NCBI GenBank assembly: GCA_020437385.1
Contig: JAGQWL010000143.1
Span: forward strand, 1 to 57,976
DNA length: 57,976 nt
Direction: 5' to 3'
Source of the DNA: Bacteroidota bacterium
GTDB taxonomy: Bacteria > Bacteroidota > Rhodothermia > Rhodothermales > JABDKH01
This document shows, one piece after another, positions 27,443 to 37,011 of the stretch. A program made the position numbers and the translations under genes. Numbering within the stretch: position 1 is the first letter of the stretch; every line of letters begins with the position of its first letter. The notes under the pieces were generated by a model. It made no database searches. It saw nothing but the letters and a program-made list of their open reading frames with translations, and was not told the DNA's origin.

Positions 27443-27964
27443 TCAGCCCCTGCTCGATAGGTCGGAGAACGGCGGCACATCCGACACAAACGTGAACCGC
27501 CCATCCGCTCCCTCATCATCGACCTCGTAGCAGTAGTGTCTTAAGCCGTTCGACACGACGAGCATTTTTGCACCCACCGCCGCGTTATACGCGGCTATTT
27601 GATCAAAAACCGCCTGTGACAACTCGACCGACGTGGCCTTGCATTCTGCCATGACCAACGGCTGTGCCCGCCGTCCGAACGCGACGATGTCGGCACGGCG
27701 GCCTCGACCCTCGAAAACAAATGCGTGCTCAAGAACAACAAGACCACGCGGGTATCCCCGCTCCTCAATCAGAAATCGGACCAGATGCTGCCGGACCCAC
27801 TCCTCGGGAGTAAGGACAACAAATCGCTCTCGAACGTTGTCGAAGATCTCTCGACCGCGGCCAGTATCCCGAATTGCAAAATTGTATTTCGGGAAGTTCA
27901 GGTCCGGCAAGGCGACGTGTTCCTCGCCACCGCCCGCCCCGGGGTCAACGGGAGAAGCAGCCAT
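27443..27964 (-). CDS. HsdR_N-like (type I restriction enzyme R N-terminal, PD-(D/E)xK fold) stand-alone protein
   Basis: The segment VVLTPEEWVRQHLVRFLIEERGYPRGLVVLEH...RRADIVAFGR...PLVMAECKATSVEL matches my recollection of the HSDR_N_2 family. The ATG at 27964 lies 1 nt after the pyrB stop. The track ORF extends to 28036. Confidence 0.7.
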   Translation of the reverse strand: MAASPVDPGAGGGEEHVALPDLNFPKYNFAIRDTGRGREIFDNVRERFVVLTPEEWVRQHLVRFLIEERGYPRGLVVLEHAFVFEGRGRRADIVAFGRRAQPLVMAECKATSVELSQAVFDQIAAYNAAVGAKMLVVSNGLRHYCYEVDDEGADGRFTFVSDVPPFSDLSSRG

Positions 27965-27965
27965 C

Positions 27966-28991
27966 TCAGTCGGCGGACTGACTTTCGTCTTCCCGCGGAC
28001 CGGCGAGCAGATACAGCGCGGCCATCCGGACGGCAACGCCGTTCGTCACCTGATCGAGGATGACCGCCCGTTCGTGATCGACAACTTCGCTGTCCAACTC
28101 CACTCCCCGATTGACCGGTCCGGGATGCATGATGCGCAGATCCGGGTACCTGCGCATGTGCTCCATCTTGATGCCGAAGAGCTGATTGTATTCGCGAAGG
28201 CTCGGGAAGAACGGCACACCCTGCCGCTCGAGTTGGATTCGGAGCGCCATGGCAACGTCGCACCCTTCGAGTGCTTCATCGAGCCTGCTCGTAACCCGCA
28301 CCCCCATCTCCTCGATACCGCGAGGCATGAGTGTCGGCGGTCCGCAGAGGGTTACGTTGGCGCCAAGCTTTCTCAGCGCGTGAATATTGGAGCGCGCGAC
28401 GCGGCTGTGGGTCACGTCACCGAGAATGGATACGTTCAGTCCGTCAGTCCGATCGAAAACATCCGAGATGGTCAAGGCGTCGAGAAGGGCCTGTGTCGGA
28501 TGTTCGTGGGCGCCGTCTCCGGCGTTCAGCACAACAGCGTCGACACATTCGGTGAGGAAGTGTGCGGCTCCGGCAGAGCTGTGCCGGATGACGGCGACAT
28601 CGACCTTCATCGCCTCGATGTTCTGAGCCGTGTCCTTCAGCGACTCGCCTTTGGAAACGGACGACCCCGCAGACGAAAAGTTTATCGTGTCCGCGCTCAG
28701 CCGCTTCTCCGCTAGCTCAAACGAGATCCGTGTTCGGGTAGATGATTCGAAAAACAGGTTGACGACCGTCACACCTCGCAGCGTCGGCACGCGTCTGATC
28801 TTGCGGTAAAGGACTTCCCTGAACTGTCTCGCAGTTGTGAGGATGAGTTCAATCTCCTCTCGATCGTAGGTAGCGAGACCGAGCAGATGTCGGTGTTTCA
28901 GGGCCGGCGGCGTCGGGGAATCTTCCAGAACCTTCTCCTCCGGGTGTCCATCGTTCATAACCGCAGCGCTTTCCGTTTTAACTTCGTTCAT
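27966..28991 (-). CDS. pyrB: Aspartate carbamoyltransferase catalytic subunit
   Basis: It carries [23 protein letters not shown] and [12 protein letters not shown]. The ATG at 28991 (MNEVKTE) lies 2 nt after the pyrR stop, so the track N-terminal extension to 29165 is rejected. Confidence 0.95.
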   Translation of the reverse strand: MNEVKTESAAVMNDGHPEEKVLEDSPTPPALKHRHLLGLATYDREEIELILTTARQFREVLYRKIRRVPTLRGVTVVNLFFESSTRTRISFELAEKRLSADTINFSSAGSSVSKGESLKDTAQNIEAMKVDVAVIRHSSAGAAHFLTECVDAVVLNAGDGAHEHPTQALLDALTISDVFDRTDGLNVSILGDVTHSRVARSNIHALRKLGANVTLCGPPTLMPRGIEEMGVRVTSRLDEALEGCDVAMALRIQLERQGVPFFPSLREYNQLFGIKMEHMRRYPDLRIMHPGPVNRGVELDSEVVDHERAVILDQVTNGVAVRMAALYLLAGPREDESQSAD

Positions 28992-28993
28992 GG

Positions 28994-29575
28994 TCAGCGA
29001 TTTGATGCTTGACCAACCCGTTCCACTAGCCAGACTCCTTCGACGTCGTCGGTCTCCGACAATCGTACCCGAACCTCCTCTCCCGGAATTGTTGGTACAA
29101 CACGCCCAACGATGTCGGCCTTGATGGGAAGCTCCTGGAGTCCGCGATCCACGACGACAAGACAATTGACCGACGCGGGTCGACCGATATCCATCAATGC
29201 ATCGAGAGCGGCCCGAATCGTTCGCCCGGTGTACAGTACATCGTCGACAAGTACGAGGTGCCGTTCCGTGACGTCGAAGGGGATGTCGGTAGCCTGGATT
29301 TCCGGTTGCCGAAGGCGAATCCTGAAGTCGTCACGGTACATGGTGGCGTCGAGAACGCCGACTGGGATGTCGATGTCGACAAACCGCTTGATGCGTTCAC
29401 GCAGCCTTCGGGCGACGAAGACGCCGCGCGTCTGCATGCCGATCAGCCCGTAGGCTGTCGACGCGCCGGCTTCCGATTCGACGAGTTCGATGATCTGTCG
29501 CGCCATCCGGTCGAGCGTACGCGACAGATCGCCCTCGTCCATAAGCTGGGCCTTTATGCTGAAGGATGAGTCCAT
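28994..29575 (-). CDS. pyrR: Bifunctional pyrimidine operon regulator / uracil phosphoribosyltransferase PyrR
   Basis: It carries [12 protein letters not shown] and the PRPP loop [19 protein letters not shown] use the start at ATG 29575 ([13 protein letters not shown]) and reject the track extension to 29737. Confidence 0.93.
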   Translation of the reverse strand: MDSSFSIKAQLMDEGDLSRTLDRMARQIIELVESEAGASTAYGLIGMQTRGVFVARRLRERIKRFVDIDIPVGVLDATMYRDDFRIRLRQPEIQATDIPFDVTERHLVLVDDVLYTGRTIRAALDALMDIGRPASVNCLVVVDRGLQELPIKADIVGRVVPTIPGEEVRVRLSETDDVEGVWLVERVGQASNR

Positions 29576-29706
29576 GCGGGCAAAGTTACGCCACAGCGGG
29601 ATTCCAGATGAATGGAGTCTGGCTGAATTTCGTAACGCTTTTCGGAACCGTTCGCGTCGAACGCGTTCATAGGGGCTGACAGTCAATCTCCACTTCTCGC
29701 CTCGCC

Positions 29707-30669
29707 ATGGCGGATTCGAAGACGCTTCCGAACACACCGCTGGCCGGCGCCGCGACGCTCCGCTACCTCGATCCCGTTGTTGTATCGAAGCTTGCCAACA
29801 TGGAGTTGCGAGCCCGTCTCATCGTCGAGGGCTTCATCACCGGGCTGCACAAGAGCCCGTATCACGGTTTCTCGGTCGAATTTGCCGAGCATCGTCCCTA
29901 CAACCCCGGGGACGAGTTGCGCCACGTGGATTGGAAAGTCTACGCAAAGACCGATCGACACTATGTGAAACAGTACGAAGAGGAGACGAACCTTCGGAAC
30001 TACGTCATCCTCGACACCTCGCGCTCGATGCAGTTCAAGGGCAACGCGCCGTTATCGAAGATGGAATACGGCGCCTACCTCGCCGGGGCCCTGCACTATC
30101 TGATGGTGAAGCAGCGGGACGCCACGGGACTTATCGCTTTCGACTCGGAACTGCACACAATTCTGCCGCCGAAAAGCACGAACAACTTCCTGCGGCAGCT
30201 GCTTATCACCCTCGAACAGCTCACGACAGACACCAGTCGAACCGTACGCACCGGTGCGGCTCGAGCCCTCGAGGAGATTGCCGAACGCATTTCGCGACGC
30301 TCGCTTGTCGTCCTGATCACAGACCTGTTCGAAAACATCGCCGAACACGATGACCTCCTTCGTGCCCTGCGGCATCTGCGGTACCGGGGGCATGAAGTGC
30401 TCGTGTTCCACACGCTCGAGACGCAGACCGAACGGCGGTTCAACTTTCCGGATGTCCCGATGATCTTTCGGGATTCGGAAACCGGAGAAGAGATCTCCGT
30501 ACAGCCAGGTCAGCTCAGGGAAAACTATCAGGCCGCGGTGCAGCTTTTCTCGGAAACGTTCCTCACGAAGTGCCGCGAATACAATATCGATTTTGTTGAG
30601 ATCGACACAAACGAGTCTTTCGACATCGCAATGCTGGCCTATCTCAACAAACGGAGAATGCTCGCCTGA
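29707..30669 (+). CDS. DUF58 domain-containing protein (MoxR/Bat-system-associated family)
   Basis: The segment GLHKSPYHGFSVEFAEHRPYNPGDELRHVDWKVYAKTDRHYVKQYEEET is the hallmark DUF58 N-terminal block. A vWA-like remainder follows. No MoxR ATPase or BatA/B gene is adjacent. Confidence 0.88.
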   Translation: MADSKTLPNTPLAGAATLRYLDPVVVSKLANMELRARLIVEGFITGLHKSPYHGFSVEFAEHRPYNPGDELRHVDWKVYAKTDRHYVKQYEEETNLRNYVILDTSRSMQFKGNAPLSKMEYGAYLAGALHYLMVKQRDATGLIAFDSELHTILPPKSTNNFLRQLLITLEQLTTDTSRTVRTGAARALEEIAERISRRSLVVLITDLFENIAEHDDLLRALRHLRYRGHEVLVFHTLETQTERRFNFPDVPMIFRDSETGEEISVQPGQLRENYQAAVQLFSETFLTKCREYNIDFVEIDTNESFDIAMLAYLNKRRMLA

Positions 30670-30739
30670 CCGAATGACGCATACGTGCTGTGCATCCGGA
30701 GCGGGCGAACCGAACAAGAGAACGCAAACACGGAATCAG

Positions 30740-32524
30740 ATGAAATCAGGAATCTCTTACGGCGTTTTGGCTATCGTCTTCGTATCACTGATCGGTTGTT
30801 CGTCCAGCCGCGATGCGTCAGATGCAGCCATGACGATGGGAAGCCCGTCCGGCATGACGCAGGGCATGACTCCCACGCTGTTCGACGCACCGCAGATCGA
30901 ACGAAAATACCAGGACACGATTACACCGCACGACCTTGAAGCGCTGTTGTACTACTTCGCCTCAGATTACTTCGAAGGTCGCGAAACAGCCACTCGCGGT
31001 CAGGAAATGGCATCGCTGTTTCTGGCATCGCAATACATGAAGATGGGCCTACAGCCCAAAGGCACGGGTAACGACGAACACAACGTGCTGAGCAAGTACC
31101 TTCAGCCGTTCCCGGTATACGCTCCAACACTGACAAACTCGACGCTCTCCGTCAGAAGGAACGGTTCCGCCCTTGCGACCAGCCACTTCAGTCCGGACTT
31201 CCAGGATGACAAGGCGTACCCGCTTTCCACAAGGGGGCCTGCCGAATCCACGGGGCCGTTGCTGTTCATCGGCTACGGAATTGAAGATGCTGATCTTGGT
31301 TACGATGACGTCGCTGCGGTCAAGGAGCTCGGAGTCAACATCGAAGACTACTGGGTCATGATTCTCAGGGACGAACCGCTGGCAAACGCCGACAAGAGTC
31401 TGCTGCCAACCGCAGACGGCAAGCCCTCGAACTGGACAACGAACATGAACACCAAGTTCAGGGCGCTTTTCTCGGCTGGAATGCCGAAGGGCATCATGGT
31501 GGTTTCGGACGTTGGCCCGCGAGCGGACAAGACCGTTCGCGACGCCGCAATTGAACAGGCTGAAGGCCTGACCGAAGTATCGTCGCTTTCGCTTACCAAG
31601 CCTGACGGGTCGACGCCTTCACGTTTTCGCCGGCCGCCGATGTACGCAATTTCGGCTGACTTTGCGAACCAATTGCTTATCGGAACGGGAGAATCTATCG
31701 AAGGACTGCAGGCCGATCTCAACAAGTCGCTCAAGCCAAAGCCATTTGTCGTCGACGGCATCGAGATACAGAGCAAGTTCGAGACTGGATCACGCGAATT
31801 GATGTCGGCGAACGTCGCCGCATTCGTGGAAGGGTCAGATCTGAAAGACGAAGTTGTTGTGCTTTCATCGCATTACGACCACATCGGACTGAACTCCGGC
31901 GAGGGAGATATCATCAACAACGGTGCGGATGATGATGGATCCGGCACCGTGACGGTTCTGGAGATTGCTGAAGCTTTTCAGAAGGCCAAGGACGACGGAC
32001 ACGGACCGAGACGCTCCATCCTGTTCCTCAATGTGGCCGGCGAGGAGAAAGGGTTGCTCGGAAGCGAATATTATGCGGATGTCGAGCCGTTGCTTCCGCT
32101 TGACAAAACGGTAACGGACCTGAACATCGACATGATCGGTCGCCACGACCCGACCCACCCCGATGACAATCCCGACTACGTTTACATCATCGGTTCCAAA
32201 CTCATTTCACAGGAGCTGCACGACATCAACGCCCGGGCCAATCAGGTAGCGGGAACGAATCTGGTTCTGCATGAGCGTTTCAACTCGAAGGACGATCCAA
32301 ATCGTTTTTATGCACGCTCAGATCACTGGAATTTCGGGAAGCACAGTATCCCGTTCATCTTCTTCTTCACCGGGACACACGAAGACTACCACCGTGTGGG
32401 TGATGAAGCCTACAAGATCGACTACGATCGAATGGCGAGAATCGGTCAGATGATTTTTGCGACGGCCTGGCAGGTGGCGAATCAGGACGTGCCGCCCGCG
32501 GTTTCAGGAACCGGTTTCAATTGA
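30740..32524 (+). CDS. M28-family metallopeptidase lipoprotein
   Basis: The ATG at 30740 gives a lipobox (VFVSLIGCSSS). M28 signatures are present (SSHYDHIG, GADDDGSGTVTVLEIA, NVAGEEKGLLGSEYY, SDHWNFGKHSIPFIFFFTGTHEDYHRVGD). Confidence 0.9.
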   Translation: MKSGISYGVLAIVFVSLIGCSSSRDASDAAMTMGSPSGMTQGMTPTLFDAPQIERKYQDTITPHDLEALLYYFASDYFEGRETATRGQEMASLFLASQYMKMGLQPKGTGNDEHNVLSKYLQPFPVYAPTLTNSTLSVRRNGSALATSHFSPDFQDDKAYPLSTRGPAESTGPLLFIGYGIEDADLGYDDVAAVKELGVNIEDYWVMILRDEPLANADKSLLPTADGKPSNWTTNMNTKFRALFSAGMPKGIMVVSDVGPRADKTVRDAAIEQAEGLTEVSSLSLTKPDGSTPSRFRRPPMYAISADFANQLLIGTGESIEGLQADLNKSLKPKPFVVDGIEIQSKFETGSRELMSANVAAFVEGSDLKDEVVVLSSHYDHIGLNSGEGDIINNGADDDGSGTVTVLEIAEAFQKAKDDGHGPRRSILFLNVAGEEKGLLGSEYYADVEPLLPLDKTVTDLNIDMIGRHDPTHPDDNPDYVYIIGSKLISQELHDINARANQVAGTNLVLHERFNSKDDPNRFYARSDHWNFGKHSIPFIFFFTGTHEDYHRVGDEAYKIDYDRMARIGQMIFATAWQVANQDVPPAVSGTGFN

Positions 32525-32574
32525 CCCATACGGTCGAAACGCCGCGACAACTCCAGCGGCGCGAAAAAGGATGA

Positions 32575-32612
32575 GAAGGTCCGAGTCGTATTCGGCTCGG
32601 ACCTTCTTTTTT
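32575..32612 (+). terminator. Rho-independent terminator after the M28 peptidase gene (may also serve the convergent xth)
   Basis: GAAGGTCCGAGTCG-TATT-CGGCTCGGACCTTC forms a 14-bp stem with one G-U pair. It is followed by TTTTTT. Confidence 0.88.
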
Positions 32613-32653
32613 GCCATCGGGCAGAACGCGCCTCGCGGTACACGGGCGGCTCG

Positions 32654-33424
32654 CTATCTGAGTACCGCTACGACGGGAGCGTGATCGGATGGCTTCTGCC
32701 CCTTTCGTTCGTCTCGATCAACATAAGCGTCATCGCACCGTTCAGCGATCGCCGCAGTGCCAAACACGTGGTCGATCCGCAACCCATCACCTTTGGGGAA
32801 CGCGAGGCGGCGATAGTCCCACCATGAAAACGGTCCGGGGCCGTCATGCAGCTCACGGACGAGGTCCACGAAACCCCAGTCGACGATGTGCTCCAGTTTC
32901 CGACGTCCTTTTGGATCGCACAGAACCGAGTCTCTCCAGCGATCCGGAAATGCGGCATCCCTGTCATCCGGCGCGATGTTAAAGTCACCGCAGAGAATCA
33001 GGTCGTCGTCGGGTGAGAATTGGCTTTCGATGAACGATCCGAGTCTATCGAACCAGGACATCTTATACTCCCAGCTTTCGGATCCGACAGACTTTCCGTT
33101 CGGGACATAGACCCCGACGACGCCGATCCCGGCCGTCGTGCAGGAGATTACACGCGCCTGCTCATCGTCAGCGTCATCATTCATGCCGCGTACAACCTCA
33201 CTGATCTCGTGCCGGCTGAGAACGGCAACGCCGTTCCATGTCGGTTGTCCGTGAACGGCCGAATGGTACCCAAGCTCACGGAGTTCGTCAGCCGGAAACA
33301 GCTCGTTCGTAACCTTGAGTTCCTGCAGGCAGACCACATCCGGCTCGAGCTTCTTGAGCCATTCGATCAGTCGCTCGTGCCGAGCCTTTACCGAGTTTAC
33401 ATTCCAGGTCGCAACAGTCAGCAT
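32654..33424 (-). CDS. xth: Exodeoxyribonuclease III
   Basis: It carries ATWNVNSVKARHERL, VVCLQELK, GDFNIAPDDRD and SDHAPV. I prefer the ATG at 33424 (MLTVATWNVN), whereas the track start is 33469. Confidence 0.93.
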   Translation of the reverse strand: MLTVATWNVNSVKARHERLIEWLKKLEPDVVCLQELKVTNELFPADELRELGYHSAVHGQPTWNGVAVLSRHEISEVVRGMNDDADDEQARVISCTTAGIGVVGVYVPNGKSVGSESWEYKMSWFDRLGSFIESQFSPDDDLILCGDFNIAPDDRDAAFPDRWRDSVLCDPKGRRKLEHIVDWGFVDLVRELHDGPGPFSWWDYRRLAFPKGDGLRIDHVFGTAAIAERCDDAYVDRDERKGQKPSDHAPVVAVLR

Positions 33425-33616
33425 GGACACTATCCCAAAATCAGTCGACAACGTGAGCGCTTCCGACACCTCTCATGTATTCTCGGCGTCGTCAGTTTTA
33501 CAAACTACGCCAATCGGCCCACAAACCTGCAAAGGGATCGGGGCTCTGCTGCGCACGACGCATTCGATTGTATCGTAACTTCAGTGCTCTCGTACACTCT
33601 GATCCCGCCGACCGTC

Positions 33617-35347
33617 ATGCCACTGATCCTGCTTCACGAAAAGGAGCGACAAGAGTGGCTGGCGTTTCGGGAACCGGCGGAGGTGCTGCAGACCTGGGAC
33701 CCCCTGCAGATCCCGTATCTATTGAGACAACTCGAAGAACGCTCACGCTACCACAATCGATGGGCGGTCGGATTTCTCGCGTATGAGGCATCGTCAGCCT
33801 TCGACGCTGCTCTGCGTACCCGGGACGCGTCCTCAGGCTCCTTTCCACTCGCATGGTTCGGTCTGTTCGACACGCCGGTCGTTTTGCCGGATCTTCCCTC
33901 GCGCGGCACGGACACATTCGCGTCGGGCGACTGGGTACACGAAATCGATCGTCCTGAGTTCGAGTCGGCCATCCGGCAGATACGTGAACATATCCGCAAC
34001 GGGGACACCTACCAGGTCAACTTCACGTTCAGGATGCGAAGTGCGTTCGCTGGAGATCCCCTTGGCTTCTTTCTTGATCTCCAGCGGCGTCAGCCCGGCG
34101 GCTACGGCGCGTACATCGAATGTGACACTTTTGCGATCGCGTCTGTTTCTCCGGAGCTTTTCTTTCGACGAGACGGTGAGCACATCACGACGCGCCCCAT
34201 GAAAGGGACACGACGCCGCGGACTCACCACGGCTAGCGACCGAGAATTGCGGGAGGCGCTTCGCACCTCGCACAAGGACCGCGCGGAAAATCTCATGATT
34301 GTCGACATGATGCGGAACGACCTGAACCGGATCGCGATCTCCGGCTCGGTTACCGTACCATCGCTTTTCGAAATTGAGAAGTACCCAACCGTCTGGCAGA
34401 TGACCTCGACCATCACGGCTCGAACAACGCGGTCCTGGGCAGAGATCCTCGGTGCCCTGTTTCCCTGTTCGTCGATCACGGGCGCTCCGAAGATTCGCAC
34501 GATGGAGATCATTGAATCCCTCGAACCGTCGCCGCGCGGGATCTACACGGGATCGATCGGATTTCTGGCTCCCGATGGTCGGTCTCAGATGAACGTTGCG
34601 ATCCGCACGGTCGCAATTGACAAGACAACCGGCACGGCGACGTACGGAGTGGGCGGCGGCATTGTCTGGGACTCACAGCCGGAAGCGGAATATGACGAGT
34701 GCCGTTCGAAGGCAGCCGTGCTTTCCGGCGGCACGGCCGCGGCGCCCGATCGTCTGCTGGAGACGATGAGCGTGCTGCCGGAGGAGGGTGTTGTCCTACT
34801 TGAGGCACACCTTGAGCGCCTATCGGATTCCGCAGAATATTTTGGTTTTGCCCTGGACATCGGGTCGATCCGATCGGCACTGCTTAAGCTGCGTTCGCGC
34901 GAAGCCCGCGTCCTTCGCCTCACTGTCGATCGCGATGGCAGGGTCGAGATGGCGGAATCGGATTTGCCGGAGTCCGGCAGGATTCGAGCAGCGGTTGCAC
35001 CAACTCCTGTTTGGTCGCGCGACCCTCTACTCTATCACAAAACAACGTCGCGGGATGTCTACGACCAGGCGCTCGCCTCACGCGATGACGTCGACGACGT
35101 GATTCTGAAGAACGAGCGAGGAGAGCTGACGGAATTCACTATCGGAAACCTCGTACTCGAGATCGACCGACGCCTCGTCACGCCTCCGGTATCCAGCGGA
35201 CTGCTTCCGGGTACGCTGCGGCAACAATTGCTTGACCGGGGTGAAGTGACGGAGCAACTCATCGGCGAGGATGACCTCGACAGCGCGACAACGATCTTTC
35301 GAATCAATTCGGTTCGAGGATGGCAGCGGGTCGACCTCGTGCCATAG
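33617..35347 (+). CDS. pabB: Fused aminodeoxychorismate synthase component I (PabB) and aminodeoxychorismate lyase-like class IV aminotransferase (PabC)
   Basis: The chorismate-binding domain carries RPMKGTRRRG, DRAENLMIVDMMRNDL, FPCSSITGAPK and GIYTGSIGF. A C-terminal fold-type IV segment follows, starting around LLETMSVLPEEGVVLLEAHLERL and running through ...YHKTTSR...ERGELTEFTIGNLV...GLLPGTLR. The start is set at ATG 33617, because the upstream part of track ORF 33020.. is antisense to xth. Confidence 0.88.
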   Translation: MPLILLHEKERQEWLAFREPAEVLQTWDPLQIPYLLRQLEERSRYHNRWAVGFLAYEASSAFDAALRTRDASSGSFPLAWFGLFDTPVVLPDLPSRGTDTFASGDWVHEIDRPEFESAIRQIREHIRNGDTYQVNFTFRMRSAFAGDPLGFFLDLQRRQPGGYGAYIECDTFAIASVSPELFFRRDGEHITTRPMKGTRRRGLTTASDRELREALRTSHKDRAENLMIVDMMRNDLNRIAISGSVTVPSLFEIEKYPTVWQMTSTITARTTRSWAEILGALFPCSSITGAPKIRTMEIIESLEPSPRGIYTGSIGFLAPDGRSQMNVAIRTVAIDKTTGTATYGVGGGIVWDSQPEAEYDECRSKAAVLSGGTAAAPDRLLETMSVLPEEGVVLLEAHLERLSDSAEYFGFALDIGSIRSALLKLRSREARVLRLTVDRDGRVEMAESDLPESGRIRAAVAPTPVWSRDPLLYHKTTSRDVYDQALASRDDVDDVILKNERGELTEFTIGNLVLEIDRRLVTPPVSSGLLPGTLRQQLLDRGEVTEQLIGEDDLDSATTIFRINSVRGWQRVDLVP

Positions 35348-35358
35348 ACGCAGCCAGG

Positions 35359-35673
35359 TCAGGCCATCATCGCGCCATTAATCGCCTCGACACGCGAAAC
35401 TTCCGGTACGGCACGCTTGATCGCCTGTTCGATTCCTGCGCGAAGCGTCATGGTCGACATCGGACAGTTGCCACACGCTCCGAGGAGCTCAAGTTCGACG
35501 ACGTAGTCTGGCGTAACGTTCACCAGGCGCACACTCCCCCCATCCGCCATCAGGTAGGGCCGGAGCGAATCCAGCGCTTCCTCGATCGACGCATGAAGCT
35601 TCGAGTCCGATCCCGGATCCGGTCGATTCTTGGATAAGTTCTGTCGAGACACGTTGCTAACGCTTGTGGACAC
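35359..35673 (-). CDS. NifU-like (Nfu C-terminal domain) Fe-S cluster assembly protein
   Basis: It carries LDSLRPYLMADGGSVRLV...LELLGACGNCPMSTMTLRAGIEQAI, which contains the CxxC motif. Confidence 0.9.
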   Translation of the reverse strand: MSTSVSNVSRQNLSKNRPDPGSDSKLHASIEEALDSLRPYLMADGGSVRLVNVTPDYVVELELLGACGNCPMSTMTLRAGIEQAIKRAVPEVSRVEAINGAMMA

Positions 35674-35775
35674 TTGTGCCGGTCGAGCATGCGTAGCGGC
35701 CGCCCATCCGACGTCTTGCCAGTTGTACGCTCACGATGCCATCAGGATCTCCGCCGTGCTGCTACGCGCTACATT

Positions 35776-36915
35776 CTACTGATAAACGATTTCGAGGCCG
35801 CCGGATGCAGACGAACCGGCATTTATGAGGTCAATCTTTCGGGCAACCTGGCGCGCCGCAACGGAGAAGATTTTTGATGTCTCTGAGTCCGGCAGCTCCG
35901 AAACATACGGGCTGCCCGAATCGGATGCTTCCATGAGTTTCGGTTCGATTGGCAGTTCGGCGAGCAGCGGTACGTCCAACTCGGTGGCGAGCGCGCTCGC
36001 CCCGCCCTTCCCGAACAGGTAGTACCGCTTGTCCGGCAACTCATCCGGAGTGAACCACGCCATGTTTTCTACGATGCCGAGTACGGGAACGTTGACCTGT
36101 TCAAACATGGCCACTGCCTTTCGGGCATCGGCGAGCGCCACTTTTTGTGGCGTCGAGACAACAACGGCACCGGTAATCGGTATCGACTGAACCAGCGTGA
36201 GTTGAATATCACCGGTGCCCGGTGGGAAATCGATCACCAGGTAATCGAGCCCATGCCAGTCGGTATCGCCAAGAAACTGCTTGATCGCGCTCGACACCAT
36301 CGGGCCGCGCCACACGACAGCTTTCTCCGGTTCAACGAGAAAACCCATTGACACGAGCTTCACGCCGTGTCGCTCGATGGGCACCAGCTTGCGATTGTCA
36401 TTAACTCGTGGGCGTTCACCTTCGACTCCGAACATCGTCGGGATCGACGGTCCATAGATGTCGGCATCGAGCAAGCCGACGTCGTAGCCTGCGGCGGCCA
36501 ACGAAACGGCGAGATTTACAGCAACCGTCGATTTTCCGACGCCGCCTTTTCCCGAGGCGACACCAATGACATTGGTGGCGCCGATCGGCTGCATTCCGGC
36601 CCGCTGGTCCTTGACAACATCAACATCTCCGAGCCCAATCATCTCATTGTCCATCTCAATGCGGATTCCGGCCTCGGGTCCGACGGCATTTCGAACTGCC
36701 TGCTTGCACATCCGTTCGGCGATTTGCGCAAAAGCGCCACCCGGATCCTCCAGAACGAGGCGAAAAGAAATTGCGTTGCCGGCGACGGAAAGGTCGCGTA
36801 CGCAACCGAGCCGAACGACGTCTTTGCCCTCGGCGGGGTCGATTACAGTGCGAAGTGCGTCAAGAACCGCTTCTGGAGTAATGCTGGACATGCTTTGATT
36901 ACGTTCTCTGGACAC
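35776..36915 (-). CDS. apbC: Mrp/NBP35/ApbC-family Fe-S cluster carrier ATPase
   Basis: It has an N-terminal DUF59-like segment (VLDALRTVIDPAEGKDVV) and a deviant Walker A motif (ASGKGGVGKSTVAVNLA), followed by PPGTGD. An alternative ATG start lies at 36891. Confidence 0.93.
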   Translation of the reverse strand: MSRERNQSMSSITPEAVLDALRTVIDPAEGKDVVRLGCVRDLSVAGNAISFRLVLEDPGGAFAQIAERMCKQAVRNAVGPEAGIRIEMDNEMIGLGDVDVVKDQRAGMQPIGATNVIGVASGKGGVGKSTVAVNLAVSLAAAGYDVGLLDADIYGPSIPTMFGVEGERPRVNDNRKLVPIERHGVKLVSMGFLVEPEKAVVWRGPMVSSAIKQFLGDTDWHGLDYLVIDFPPGTGDIQLTLVQSIPITGAVVVSTPQKVALADARKAVAMFEQVNVPVLGIVENMAWFTPDELPDKRYYLFGKGGASALATELDVPLLAELPIEPKLMEASDSGSPYVSELPDSETSKIFSVAARQVARKIDLINAGSSASGGLEIVYQ

Positions 36916-37011
36916 GAATTCCAGCCAGATCGGTCGGTACTGCGCTCCGCCTGGATGGTACGACGCGTAGGACCGTCTTTGCTGTCTGCTTGTTCCGACG
37001 CCACCTTCTCT

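Noticed and set aside
27633-28715. 360-aa plus-strand ORF
   Set aside because: It is antisense to pyrB and the HsdR_N gene, both of which carry clear family motifs.
29576-29706. Possible PyrR-binding attenuator in the pyrR leader
   Set aside because: The minus-strand leader contains small hairpins (for example AACGCGTTCG-ACG-CGAACGGTT and CCAGA-N9-TCTGG). I could not find the PyrR binding-loop consensus (ARUCCAGAGAGGYU), and no U-tract terminator follows. This is not enough to call a regulatory element.
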